From a bacterium (GTDB lineage: Bacteria; Patescibacteriota; Gracilibacteria; BD1-5; UBA6164), in assembly GCA_024635475.1 (NCBI GenBank), contig JAGXIW010000008.1:13592-77591 (forward strand): DNA of 64,000 nt. Reading direction: 5' to 3'. The position numbers were made by a program, and so were the translations under genes. Below the pieces are notes generated by a model. The model was not told where the DNA came from. It saw nothing but the letters and a program-made list of their open reading frames with translations, and did no database searches. Of this stretch, positions 13,211 through 26,198 are shown one piece after another. Numbering within the stretch: the first letter of the stretch is position 1; every line of letters begins with the position of its first letter.

Positions 13211-14133
13211 AAATATATGTTTGATGGACATGTAATCATAAATGTACATATTGTAAAGAATATCCAAATATGGAAATACTTTGGAATAAAAAGGTTACAA
13301 AATATGACATATTAAAGTTACTAATAAAATATAAGAAAAAATGATATAATCATGTTAGTTATCTTTGATGAGAACCATTTATTCAACCTGTGTTTTTAGA
13401 TGCATTAAAATTGTGAAAAAAACTTTGATATACTATATTGGTTACCACAAATTGTTCAACACTTCATATAGATAATCAAGCTAGTAAATTTTTACCATAT
13501 ATAGATGAGTTAATATTATCTATTGAAGCTATAGATAAAGAAAAACAGCAAATTATATCTAGAACAAAAAATTATGTCATTTGGGATAAAGTTTTTGATA
13601 ATATAAAAAAGTATTGGAATTGAAAATTGTTTAAAGCAAATATTGTTATAACTAAAGATAATTTAAAAGACCTTTTCTTAATAGTATCTTTTTGTATTAA
13701 TAATAATTTTAAGGAAATAGCAGTAACTTACCCAGATATAGATTTAGATTATTATGGAAAAAAACATATTTTAAATAAAGTTGCTCCAAAATATTCAGAT
13801 TGTGTGAATGAAATAATAAATATAGTTAATTTATGTGAAATAAATAAAGTTAATTTGAAATTACCAGATTTTCCTTTTTGTGTTTTTCCAAAAAAAGATT
13901 TAGAAAAATATATATCGTTAACTGATGATTACGATTATCAAACAAGGCTAAATATTTTTCAAAATACAATAGAATTTGATAGGTGAGATTTAAAAACAAC
14001 AGAGGAGATTCCTAGACAAAGATCTCATTTAAAATGATGTTTATGATGTATATATATTAATTTATGCTGGGGGGTATCTATATATTATAAAAAATTATAT
14101 TGACTAGATGAAATTAATCATATAACAAAATAA
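13192..14133 (+). CDS. Radical SAM protein, HxsC-like
   Basis: CNHKCTYC; LGGEPF; DFPFC...CLGCIYINLCWG. Confidence 0.85.
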
Positions 14134-14136
14134 ATT

Positions 14137-15159
14137 ATGTGAAAAAAATATAATGATTCAAAGATTTACATTAATGAAATAATTAGAATTACTTATAAAT
14201 GTAATTGGAAATGCAAGTTTTGTAATGTTTTTAAAACAAATAATTTTTGAGAAAAGGATATAACAGTTAAGGAAGTAATTTATCAAATTTTAAATTTAAC
14301 TAGGAAATATACTAAAGAGCAAAGAAAAAATCTTATACTATCATTTTCATGATGAGAGCCAACACTAGATAAAAATTTATTTACTTATATTAGATTAGCA
14401 AAAGGTATATGAATATGAATTATTCAAATTCAAACAAATTGAACCATTTTATTTAAACATAAAACTTATATAGACAATTTAATTGCAGTATGACTTGATG
14501 AAATATTTTTAGCTCAGCATTCATCAGATGTTGATATAAATAATAAATTGGGAATTTATTACAATATAAAAGATTTTATTAATTGGGTAGGGGGTATAAA
14601 AAAAAATGGAATATATAAAAAAATTTATATATGATTTAATATTGTTATTACAAAAATAAATTTATTCCAGATTTATGATTATTTAAATTTTCTATTAGAA
14701 GTAGGTTTTTTATGAATTTTACCAAAAATAGTAAATTGACAAAATCCTATTTCTTTTTGATTAGTCCAACCTAATTGATATGCAGAGATTAATAAAGAAG
14801 AAATTTTACTAAAGTACAACGATGATGAATTGAATGAAATAAATAAAATTATAGATTTTTGTAAAGAAAATAATATATATCCAGATTTCCATTTTACAGC
14901 ACCACCATTATGTATTTTAAATTATCCTGAATATAATTTAGAATATAAAAGATCATTAAATTTAGAAGAAGATGTTAAAAAATGAATAGTTAATGAATGA
15001 AATTTAGAATCATTTAAATCTTTAAGAAAAGAGAAACAAAAATTCAAAGAATGTGATAAATGTAAATATAATAATTATTGTTTATGATTTTATAAAAACT
15101 GGATTAGCTTTATTTGAGAAGACTATGTAAAAGAAAAAATTAATAATTTTATAAAATAG
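14137..15159 (+). CDS. Radical SAM protein, HxsC-like
   Basis: CNWKCKFC; FSGGEPT; QTNG; APPLC...CDKCKYNNYCLG. Confidence 0.85.
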
Positions 15160-15164
15160 TATTT

Positions 15165-16520
15165 ATGATTAATATAAAACAATTATTAAATAAAATACTT
15201 ATTTCATCAGATGTTTATTTTTTTACTATCGATTATTTATTTAGAAAGATAGTAATATTTGCCTGAAAATATATTTTAGAATTTTCTTTAGTTGATAAAT
15301 GATGAAGTATAAAACAAAGTAAATATTTTTATTTCTTTTTAAGAAAAATAGATGATATAGATAATATTTATAATTTTTTAAATTCAGATAATAAAGTTAT
15401 TTCAAATAAAAATATTTGAGAAATAATAAATATCATAATTAAAAATGAGGAATTAATATATCATATATTTTATGGTGAGTGTGAAGTATTTTATGAAAAA
15501 ATATTCAATAAGATAAAAATAAATAAAAATATATTATTTATATTAAAGTGATGATGAATGGAAGAGACTATAGAGAAATCTTTTATTTCATATTGTAATA
15601 ATTCAAATATAAAATTAACTGTTTTATATAAATTTTGAACCTGATATTGGGGGCAAAAACTTAATCAAGATTGATTTTTTAATGAATTAAAAGTTAATAA
15701 TAAAAATGTTAAATTTTTATATAATGAGGATTTTAACGATGAATTTATAGATTCTATGGTTAATGAAAATACTGAGATTTTTTCTTTTCAATATGATTAT
15801 AAATGAATATATAAAGATTTTAATATGATAGTATTATCAAGTGTTACTGATAAAAATATAGATTGTTCTAGGTATAAAAATGTATTTTCTTGTTATCAAA
15901 GTAAAACTATATGATATAGTACAGATAAATTTATAAATATTGAAAATACTAAAGTTTATAAGATATTTAATCCACAAAATATAGATTTATTAAATAATTA
16001 TTCTGTAATTAAAAAGGTACCAAATTTTATTTTATCTTGATGAATGTCATGGGCAAGAGATTTTTCTATATTAAATTCTTTAGAAGGTAAATATAAATGA
16101 ATATTAGTAAGTGATGAAATTCATGAAGTAAAGAATTTTTTATCTATGTATAGATGAATTCAAAGTTATTATTGATTTTTAGGTGTTTTTAAATTATCAA
16201 GTTTTTGAGTTTTTTGTCATCTTGAAAAATTTAACGATGATGATAGAAGTAAAATGATAGCAACATCTATTTGTGCATGAAAACCTGTTATTGTTCCACA
16301 TAATGATTGATTAATTGTTAAGGAAATTATTGATAACAAATTAGGACTTGTTTATAGAAATTGAGACATAGAAGATTTACAAAAAAAAGTTATGTTTTTT
16401 GCTGAAAATAAGGATAATATAGAAGAATATTCTAAAAGATGTTTAAGTTATTCAAAAGAACAAATGGATATTAATAATTTTATAAATTTTATTTTTGATA
16501 AAGCTTTTATTGATGAATAA
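15165..16520 (+). CDS. Putative GT-B (GT4-like) glycosyltransferase
   Basis: C-terminal SKMIATSICAGKPVIVP...EIIDNKLGLVYRNGDIEDL resembles the GT4 'EAMAxGxPVI...G.L...D' region. Confidence 0.6.
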
Positions 16521-18162
16521 ATTCGAACAAATAATATTAAAAATATTAAATACAAATTTTTCTAGTTCAACTATAAAATGCACTTATTTATATAATGAGT
16601 TTTTTATAAGTATGTCCAAAACCTGAGAATTTGTTTTGCTTTGAATATCTTATAAATCATCAAAAATACAAATAAATAAATATAAATGAGAAGATACTAG
16701 AATTTGAAAAATACTTTTAATTTTGCTCAAAAAATATGAAGAGATATTTTTAAATTATTTTAAAATTAAACAAAAAACTATTTTTAATTTATGAGAAGAA
16801 TCAGAGTTTATAAATATTTTTGATAAAAAAGAATTAAATTATGAAAATATAGAAGAAAAACTGTATTTTAGTTTTTTAGATGATTATTCTTATAGAAGAA
16901 GGAGTGAAATGAGTTTTAATATAGAAGAAAAATCCATTATTGATATATACCATAGCGATTTTGAATGTTCTAAATGTGCTTGACCTAGGGAAGCATTTAC
17001 AAATTTTATTGATTATCATAATCATGAGGTATGTTTAGAAAAATCTTTTCGAGCAAGTGAAAATAATACAAAAAAAATTAATTTATATACAAATATAACA
17101 GATTATGAATCTATAACTATTTGATGAAATGCTAAGATAGATGAAATATTACAAAATATAGAATTAATAAATGAATATGATATTATTTCTATTAATAAAA
17201 CTTGTATATCGGTAATTATGTGAGATGACATAGAATCAATTCTAAAGCATAATAATATTTCTAAAGAAAAAACTATTTATACTGATCAAAATACTGATAG
17301 TTGATACAGAGTAATTATAAATTATTTAAAGACTTTAGATATTTTAAAAGTTTCTAAAAATAATGAATTAGTATTCTTTTGACTTAATAAAAATAAAAAT
17401 ACTTTTGAATTAATAAAATTTTTACAAAATAATTTTTGATTACAAGTTTGAAATGTATTATTACCAAATATAAATAAAAAAGATTTAGAAAATATTTTAA
17501 GATATAAATTAGCTGTATTTTTTATTGGTAGAGAAACAAAAACTCAAAATATATTTAAACTATATCCTATAGATAATCTTGAAATTAATGTTCCATATGG
17601 TATTTCTAAAACTTATGAGTTATATGAAAGTATACTTTTAAATTATTGATTAGAAGAAGAAAAATTAAAACTAAAGAATATTTTTAATGAATTGAGAGAA
17701 AAAAATATAGAACTTTTTAATAAATCAAAAAAATATAACATATGATTTATTATTCATGACTTTCATATAAAACAGTTTTCACAAGATAATTTCAGAGGAT
17801 GTTCTATAATATCTATGTTGAACGATATGGGATTTCATTTAAATTTTTTTATTTATCTTGCAAGTGATAAATCAAAAGAAGATATAATTGAATTCAATGC
17901 AAAAAATGATTTATACAATTTTTATACAATTATTTCAAATAAAAAAGCAGATTTAGATAAATTTATAAATGATGAAAATATACAAATCTATTATTCAGAG
18001 ATTTCAAGTGATTCAAGGATTATATCAAAAAATAAATGACAATTTTCAGTTTGAGATTTAGAGTATTGAATAGATTGATTTTATAGAAGTTTGGAATTGC
18101 TTATAAAAAAATGTGAAAAGGTTGATTATATGAATTCAAAATTAAATTATTATTTAAAATAG
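16513..18162 (+). CDS. Nitrogenase component-I-like subunit A (divergent) with N-terminal extension
   Basis: TNITDYESITIGGNAKIDEI...SINKTCISVIMGDDIESI matches the NifD/K-family 'T.L.E..V.GG..KL...TC...IGDD' region; HSDFECSKC. Confidence 0.65.
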
Positions 18163-18166
18163 TTTT

Positions 18167-19369
18167 ATGGATATAATAGAAAAATATACTCAAATTTATG
18201 GAAGTCCTTTTTTGACTTGAGTTTTTATGTGAGTTAATGCTATAAAAGATGTTGCATTATTTGTTGATGGGCCAGATTGCATATTTTATAAGGCTGATAT
18301 GTTATATAAAACTCATGATTTATGATCTAGTCTTAAACAAGCAAGTATTGATACAAAACTATATTTCTCATGAGTTATGCCAAATAAAATGGTAAGATGA
18401 TATGATGAAGATATAAAAAGAAAGTTATCTTTCATTGAAGAAAATTCAAAATTTAATCTTTGAGTTGTTACTTGTATGCCAGTTACTTGATTACTTGCTA
18501 CTCAGTATGATAATATATATGGAGATTTAAATAAAGATTTTATTTTTGTCCCATCCCATACAGATAAATTTCGGCTAGATTGATATAGTATATTTTTGAA
18601 AGAATTAGCAAAATATATAAAACTTGATGAGAAAAAAGAAAAGAAAAAATTAAATGTATCGATAATTTGATACCTTTTTGATAGGAATGAATGAGACTGT
18701 ATTTGAAATTTAGAAGAAATAAAAAGAATACTTAATCTAATCTGAGTAGAACTAAATTCTATATGGCTTAGTTGATGAGATTTAAAAGATTTATCTAATA
18801 TAGAAAACTCAGAACTTATTATTTCTTTTCCTTATGGATTCCAAGCTTCAAAAATTATATCAAGAAGACTTAATGTAGATATTTTAGAGTTAGATATTCC
18901 TTTTTGATTTGAGAATACTATAAATTTTATTGAAAAAATTTGAAAAAAATTATCTATAGATAAAATAAAAATAGATAGTGTTTTGAAAAAAGAAATTACT
19001 TTTGTAAAAGAAAAAATAGATTTACTTAATGAAAAAGTTTTTTTAAACAAAAATTATATATTTGCCTGAGATCCTTTTATGGAAAAGTCTATAAAAGATA
19101 TTTGAGATTTCTTTTGAATGAATCATATATTTACATATAATTATAATTGATCTAAAAAAGCAAAAGAAACTGATTTTGATAAAAAAAATGTAGATTTAAT
19201 TATAGGAAATTCAGAATTTAATTTGAGTTCAGAGTTTAAACTAGAGTTTTGATTTCCATCTTACAATACGCACTTTTTACTTGAGAGACCTTATATGTGA
19301 TTCAGATGATTATTATTTTTTATTGAAAGATTATATCTTGAAATGACTAAATTAGATAAATTAAATTAA
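18167..19369 (+). CDS. Nitrogenase component-I-like subunit B
   Basis: GVNAIKDVALFVDGPDC; VSIIGYLFDRNEGDCIGNLEEIKRILNLIGVE; C-terminal RPYMGFRG. Confidence 0.75.
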
Positions 19370-19375
19370 AAAAAT

Positions 19376-20194
19376 ATGAAAAAAATAGTGATTTATGGTA
19401 AATGATGAATAGGTAAATCAACAACTTCAACTCATTTATCTGTGGCATTTGCTAGCAAATGATTAAGAGTTTTACAAGTATGATGTGATCCTAAACATGA
19501 CTCTTGTAAAAGAGTATTAAGTTGAGTTAGAGATATTCCTACAGTTATTGAGTTATCAAAAGATAGAGATATATATGAGTTTACAAAAGATTTAATTATT
19601 CATAAATGAAGATTTTGAATTGATTGTATAGAAGCTTGATGACCGATTGCTTGAATTGGTTGTGCTGGTAGAGGGATATCACTTATGTTTGAAATATTTG
19701 ATGAAATAGGCTTACTTGATGAATCAAATTATGATGTAGTTATATTTGATGTACTTTGAGATGTTGTTTGTTGATGATTTGCATCACCTATAAAGGTTGG
19801 TTTTGCTGACCAAGTTTATATTGTACTTTCAGAAGAAATAATGAGTTTATATGCAGCTAATAATATATCAAAAGCAATTGTGAATTATCACAAAAATTGA
19901 GTTTGATTATCTTGAATTATCTTGAATTTAAGAAGTAATGAAAGTGATGTAAAAGTAGTTGAAGATTTTTCTAAAAGTTTATGAACAGAGATAGTTTGAA
20001 TTATGAATAGATCAGATTGAATTTTGCAAGCGGAAAGAAAAAATATGACTTTATACGAATTTGATAGTAATCATATAGATTTACAAAAATATAATAAATT
20101 AGCAGATTTTATGTTAAAAAATGAGAATAAAATTATTCCTATTACTTTTACAGATAGAGAATTTGATGATTTTATTTATGATAAATTTTATTAA
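19376..20194 (+). CDS. nifH: Nitrogenase iron-protein family ATP-dependent reductase (NifH/BchL/CfbC family paralog)
   Basis: [60 protein letters not shown]. Confidence 0.92.
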
Positions 20195-20242
20195 TAAAAT
20201 TAAGTTAAGTATTATTTAAATTATTTACTTTATTATTGTTTT

Positions 20243-20968
20243 ATGAAATATTCACCTAATATATATAAATATATTTCAGAAGATATATCAAATGCATTTC
20301 GTTATGGATTTAAAGAGTGAGAATATGAAGCAAATAAATCTCATGTTAAAATTACTGAAGATAAAAAGTTTGAGATTATTGAATTTGATGATTATTTTGA
20401 AGTAAATGGTTATTTAATAGCGAAAGAAAATTTTTGAGAACCTTGTTCTCCAAATGTTCAAAAAAATCCAGTAAATATAGATAAAGGAGCTCCACAGGCA
20501 TGGATGTATACTATAGATGATGATTCAGTATCAGGTGATGGTAAATATAGATGATTCGAATTATTTAAATATACATTTCCACGGATTAATATTTCAAAAA
20601 CCACAGCAATAAATCAAAATATATATCCAGCTAATTTTTGGGTATACAATTCTATATGAGCAATTATAGAAGGAGAATATCGTTGAGTAAGAATTCCAGA
20701 GAATTGGGAGCTTTTAAATTTAATAAATTCTATTCCTTGAAATTGTATTGAAAAAGCAAAATCTTTACAGATACCATTCATTGGATTTCGTAGTACTGAT
20801 AATAGTGGAAAAATTCATTTTCTTTGAGAATGTGCATTTCTTTTATCTTCAGATCATTTTGCAAATGCTGGTGAACGTAATTTACGTCTTTTTAGATGAG
20901 GAAATAAAGCAATTGGTGATTGGATTGACTGTGGTCGTTGAGCTTCTGTGCGTTATTTTCTAAAATAA
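20243..20968 (+). CDS. Hypothetical protein with FISUMP/C-lectin-like C-terminus
   Basis: GVRIPENWEL...IPFIGFRS...GECAFLLSS...GASVRYFLK. Confidence 0.5.
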
Positions 20969-21005
20969 ATAATTAATATAAAAGTTTTTAAATTATATAT
21001 AAAAT

Positions 21006-21974
21006 ATGAAAAAACATATAGAGATAAATATTTGAAAAGCATGTAATAATAAATGCAGATTTTGTATGAGTTCTCAATATGCAATAAAACGAGTTTGAGA
21101 AACTTTTTGATTAGTAGCTTTTAATTTAATAAAAAAAGAAATTAAAACATATGCTATTAAATGATATAAATCAATTTGATATATTTGATGAGATATTTCT
21201 ATTCATCCAAATATTTATGAAATTATAGAAAAATCAAGAAAATATTGATTTGAAAATATATCAATTATTACAAATGCTATGGTATTTTCAGATTATAATA
21301 AGGCAGAGAAATTAATTTTATCTTGAACAACTAGAATAAATATATCTATTCATTCCCATAATTGTAATATAGAAGATTATATCACTCAAATAAATTGATG
21401 ATTTGAAAAGAAACTATTAGCTATTGATAATTTTAATAAATTATATAACCATAAAGTTTTAAAAAATCCAATAAGTATAAATATAGTTTTAAATTGATTG
21501 AATTATAAAGATATAACAAAAACTTGTTTATACTTTTATAAAATTAAGAATATAAAAGATATAAGAATAAATTTTTTATGGAATAGATTTTTTTTCTCTG
21601 AAGATGATAAAAAAAAATTAGAATTAAGTTATACAGAATTTTTACCTTATTTAAAAGAATTAATAATATTTTCAATAAAAATAAACCTAAGAATAACATT
21701 TGATGCAATTCCAGCTTGTGTTTTTCATAAATTAGGATTTAAAAATCATAATTTTATAATTAGAAAATTTTTATGAGAAGAATTGGATTATATAGATGAG
21801 GTTTCTAATATAAATATGGATGTAAAATTTAATTGGAAAGAACAAAAAAGAAATGAACTAAAAACAAAATTTGATAAATGTAATGATTGTTTATATTCAA
21901 ATAAATGTCAGTGAATCTGGAAAGAATATGTTAAAAGATATTGAGAAGATGAATTTAATGCTATTTTATTTTAG
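21006..21974 (+). CDS. Radical SAM protein, HxsC-like (paralog A)
   Basis: HIEINIGKACNNKCRFCMSS; AIPAC...CNDCLYSNKCQG. Confidence 0.87.
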
Positions 21975-22254
21975 AAATATCAACATAACTATTTTTTCTT
22001 GAAATGTTGTTAATTATGATATAACAAGAATACTAGATTTACAATTTATTTAAAAATTAGTTATTACATCTAAAATAGATGATAATAGTAACTTGAAAAA
22101 TTTAAATTATTGTAAAATAGAAAAATAATTTATAAAAAAATAAATTATTTTTTAGGAGAAAATAGATATAATGATCAAGAAAATTATAATATAATAAGAA
22201 ATTATTATGAAAAAAATTTTAGCATAAGATTAATTTCATATAAAATATTACATC

Positions 22255-23214
22255 ATGGATAATCTAAAACATATCGAAATTAATATCTGAAAAGCTTGTA
22301 ATAATAGATGTAGATTTTGTATGAGTTCAAAATCAGAACTAAGGGATATTAAATTTGTACAATTGGATGAATTAAAAAATAAAATTAAAAGTTATTCTGA
22401 AAAATGATATAAATCAATATGATTTTTATGATGAGATATATCAATTCATCCAAATATAATAGAAATAATATCTTTTTGTAAAGAAAATTGATTTGTAAAT
22501 ATAAATGTAATAACAAATTGAATGAGATTTGAAGATTTTAAATTTACAAAAAAGTTGATAAATGCTTGATTAACAAGAGTCAATTTTTCAATTCATTCTC
22601 ATCTAGATAAAATAGAGGACTATCTTATACAAGTTTCATGATGACTTCAAAAAAAATTAAAAGCAATTGATAATTTTAATATTTTCTATAAAAATTGACT
22701 ACTAAGAGATGAATTAAGTATAAATATAGTTTTAAATAGTAAAAATTATAAAACAATTGTAGAGACAGTCTTATTTTTTTATAAAATAAAAAATATAAAA
22801 GATATTAGAATAAACTTTATTTGGCTTAATAATGATACTAAAGAAAATTGGGAGGATTTAAAATTAACTTATACAGAATTTTTACCATATTTAAAACAAC
22901 TTATATATATATCACTAAAATATTATATAAGAATTACTTTTGATACTATACCAGCTTGTATTTTTTATAAAATAGATAATATAAATTACAAATCATTAAT
23001 AAAGAAATTTTTATGAGAAGATTTAGATCATATAACAGAAATCGATCATATAAATAACAATGACCAATTTAATTGGAAAGAAAGAAAAAAAGATATGTTA
23101 AAAATGCAGTTTGAACAATGTGAAAAATGTAATTATAATATTTCTTGTCAATGAGTTTGGAAAAATTATTGAAAGATATATTGATGAGATGAATTTAAGG
23201 CTGTAATTAAATAA
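22255..23214 (+). CDS. Radical SAM protein, HxsC-like (paralog B)
   Basis: HIEINIGKACNNRCRFCMSS; TIPAC...CEKCNYNISCQG. Confidence 0.87.
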
Positions 23215-23228
23215 TTTTACTAAAGAAT

Positions 23229-24857
23229 ATGATTGAGAACAAAAAAATAATAATAGATAAATATATATCAAATATAACTACTTTTGATCTTTTTTCTGAA
23301 ACATATCGTTGATGAAAAGAACAAAAATTGTATTTGCCATTATCTTATAATTATATATTTTCAAAATGGGAAGATTTTATAAAGATGAATCCTGATTGAG
23401 TTATAGATTTATATATTCATATACCTTTTTGTTTAAAATTATGCTCTTATTGTAATTATTATAAAACTTTAGTTGAAGAAAATAGTTTAGATAAATATGT
23501 GCTTGATTATTTGATTCCATATTTACAGAATATATCTATTATTTTCGAGTGATTTAAATTTAATTCTCTTTATATATGATGATGAACACCATCAATTATT
23601 GGTTTAAAATTATTAGAAAAATTATTATCTTTTATCGAAAATAATATACTATTTGTAGAGTGAGCCGAGAAAACATTTGAATGAAATCCTATTTCTCTTT
23701 CAGAAAAGAAAATAGAAATTTTATCAAAATATTGAATCAATAGGGTCAGTATGGGTGTTCAAACATTGAATAATAAAGTTTTAATTAAAACTAATAGGGA
23801 ATATCAAAATTTAGAAATAATAAAAAAAGTTATTAATAAACTTAATAATTTTTGAATATCTAATATAAATATTGACTTATTAATATGATTAGATAATAAT
23901 GAAAAGGATGATTTTATTTATTCTTTGTGAGTTTTCTCAAAATTAAATATAAGTTTAATAACTACATATTGGTTAACCCCAACTTCCAGTTACCTTTTAA
24001 AGCATTTTTCTTGAGATAAAAATATGTTTTATGCAAATTTAAATAATCAAATAAATAGTATATATGATGAATTAACCAAGATTATTTCGAAATTTAAATT
24101 TGAAAGTTATAATATAAGTAAATTATCTAATCATTGTTGGCAATTTACAATAAAAAACTGTAATACAAAAACTAGTTATACAGATATTTGAAATAATTCA
24201 ATATTATGAATATGACCTTCATCTAGATCTTATATAAATTGATCTTTGGTTTATTTGACATTAGAGTATATTCCAATAAATTTTAATATAAAATTTGTAG
24301 ATAATTTATGAAAAAAAATAAATAGTTATGATGAAATGCTTTTATATACTATAATTAATGTTAGAGACAATTGATTTATTAATACAGATTATATATATAA
24401 AAATTTTAGTTTAGATTTTAAAAATATATTTTCTCAAGAAATTGAATTTTTATTAAAATTTAATTATATAACAATTAAAGATAATAATTTTATTTTTTCT
24501 GAAAATGTTAATAAAAAGTATTATTCTATATTATTTTTATTTGATTTGATAAAATTAGATATAAAAGATTTTTTGAATTCAAAAGAAAAAAGAGGAAATT
24601 ATATAACTTTATCTAGTAATAATATAGAACTTATTTTAAATATAAAAAATGATAATGTTTTTATATTTGTAGATAAAGAAAAAATTAATATTAATAATAT
24701 TTATCGATATTACTTTGTTATACTAAATATAAAAAAAATTTATGAAAAATTTAATAAATATATATTTAGTTTATTAGACTTTTATAATATTTTGAATAAA
24801 TATTTTTCAAAAAAGAACAAAGATTTAAATGTATTTTTAAATTATACTTCTAAATAA
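23229..24857 (+). CDS. HemN-like radical SAM protein
   Basis: LYIHIPFCLKLCSYCNY; YIGGGTPS; GINRVSMGVQ; NIDLLIGL. Confidence 0.85.
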
Positions 24858-24922
24858 TTTAAAAATTACGGATAATAAATTAATAGCAAGTAAATTAAAA
24901 ATTAAGTAATTATTCAAATATA

Positions 24923-26191
24923 ATGGAAAATAAAAAAAACTTTCTTTCTAAAGAAAAAATAACTAAACAAAATCGTATTTGGGTTCGTATAGCATCTGTA
25001 TGTAATAATAGATGTATTTTTTGTCTTGATAGTTTTGCTCAAAATTGAACTTTCCCGGAAGAAAACGAAATAAAAAAACAAATAAAAGATTGATATAAGA
25101 AATGATATGATAATAGAGTAATTATCTCTTGATGAGAGGCTTCAGTAAATCCTAAATTTGCTGATTATGTAAGATACTCAAAAGAATTATGATACGATAG
25201 AGTTCAAACAGTTACAAATTGAAATATGTATGCTTCTGAAATCTTTTGTAAAAAAGTATTTGAAGCTTGATTAGAGGAAGTAACATTTTCTTTTCATTGA
25301 CACAATGAAACTTTACATGACTATTTAGTTGATACTGCAGGGGCTTTCAAAAAATCACTTAAATGACTTATATACATAAAAAAAAATTACCCCCATGTAA
25401 TTATCAATATTGATATCGTAGTTAATAAAATAAATATAAAATTCCTTCCTGATATAATTAAATTTTTTATGAAACTGTGAGTTTATGAATATGATATTTT
25501 GCAAATAATCCCTTTTGGTAGATGATTTCAGGAAAATAAAGAAAAATTATTTTATAATATTGAAGAAAATATTAAATATTTGCAAGATACTTGGAAATTA
25601 TCAAAAGTTCCAGGTATGTATATGTGGACAAATAGATTTCCATCTGAAGCCTTTGAATGATATGAAGATTTAATTCAAGACCCGAGAAAAATCAAATCAG
25701 AAGTTATGTGAGAATGAAAACATCATTTTGAGCCATTTATAGTTTCTTGATGAGAAATAAAACAAGATTGTTTCTGAATTGCATGTGAGTTTTGTTTTTT
25801 AAACCAGTATTGTAATGATTTTATAAAAAATCGAGATAAAAATAAACTTGAATCAGATAGTAGTTATGAGATAATTAGATGAGAAGAATTTCCAAGCCAA
25901 GTTTATGAAAAATATTGAGAAAAAAAAGAAGATTTTATAAAATATTTGAAAGATATTGATAAATTACTTATAAATATCCCAAAATGTTTGTGATGAACAG
26001 GAATTTATGAAAGTTATAATGATATAAGAGAAGAAAAGACATTAGAAGATTATACATATAAATATATAAATAATTTATATAGAAAAAAATCTTTGAGATG
26101 TAATAGTTGTAAATATAATAAAACTTGTGAAGGTATTCATATAAATTTTATTAGGAGTTATTGATTTAGTATTTTACAACCTGAATTATAG
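24923..26191 (+). CDS. Radical SAM protein, HxsC-like, with an extra Cys cluster
   Basis: WVRIASVCNNRCIFCLD; ISGGEAS; CFGIACEFCFLNQYC; NIPKC...CNSCKYNKTCEG. Confidence 0.87.
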
Positions 26192-26198
26192 AAAAATT

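Noticed and set aside
16513..20194. Functional N2-fixing nitrogenase
   Set aside because: Component-I subunits are highly divergent with incomplete P-cluster motifs, no recognisable FeMo-co ligands, and no nifB/E/N in the window.
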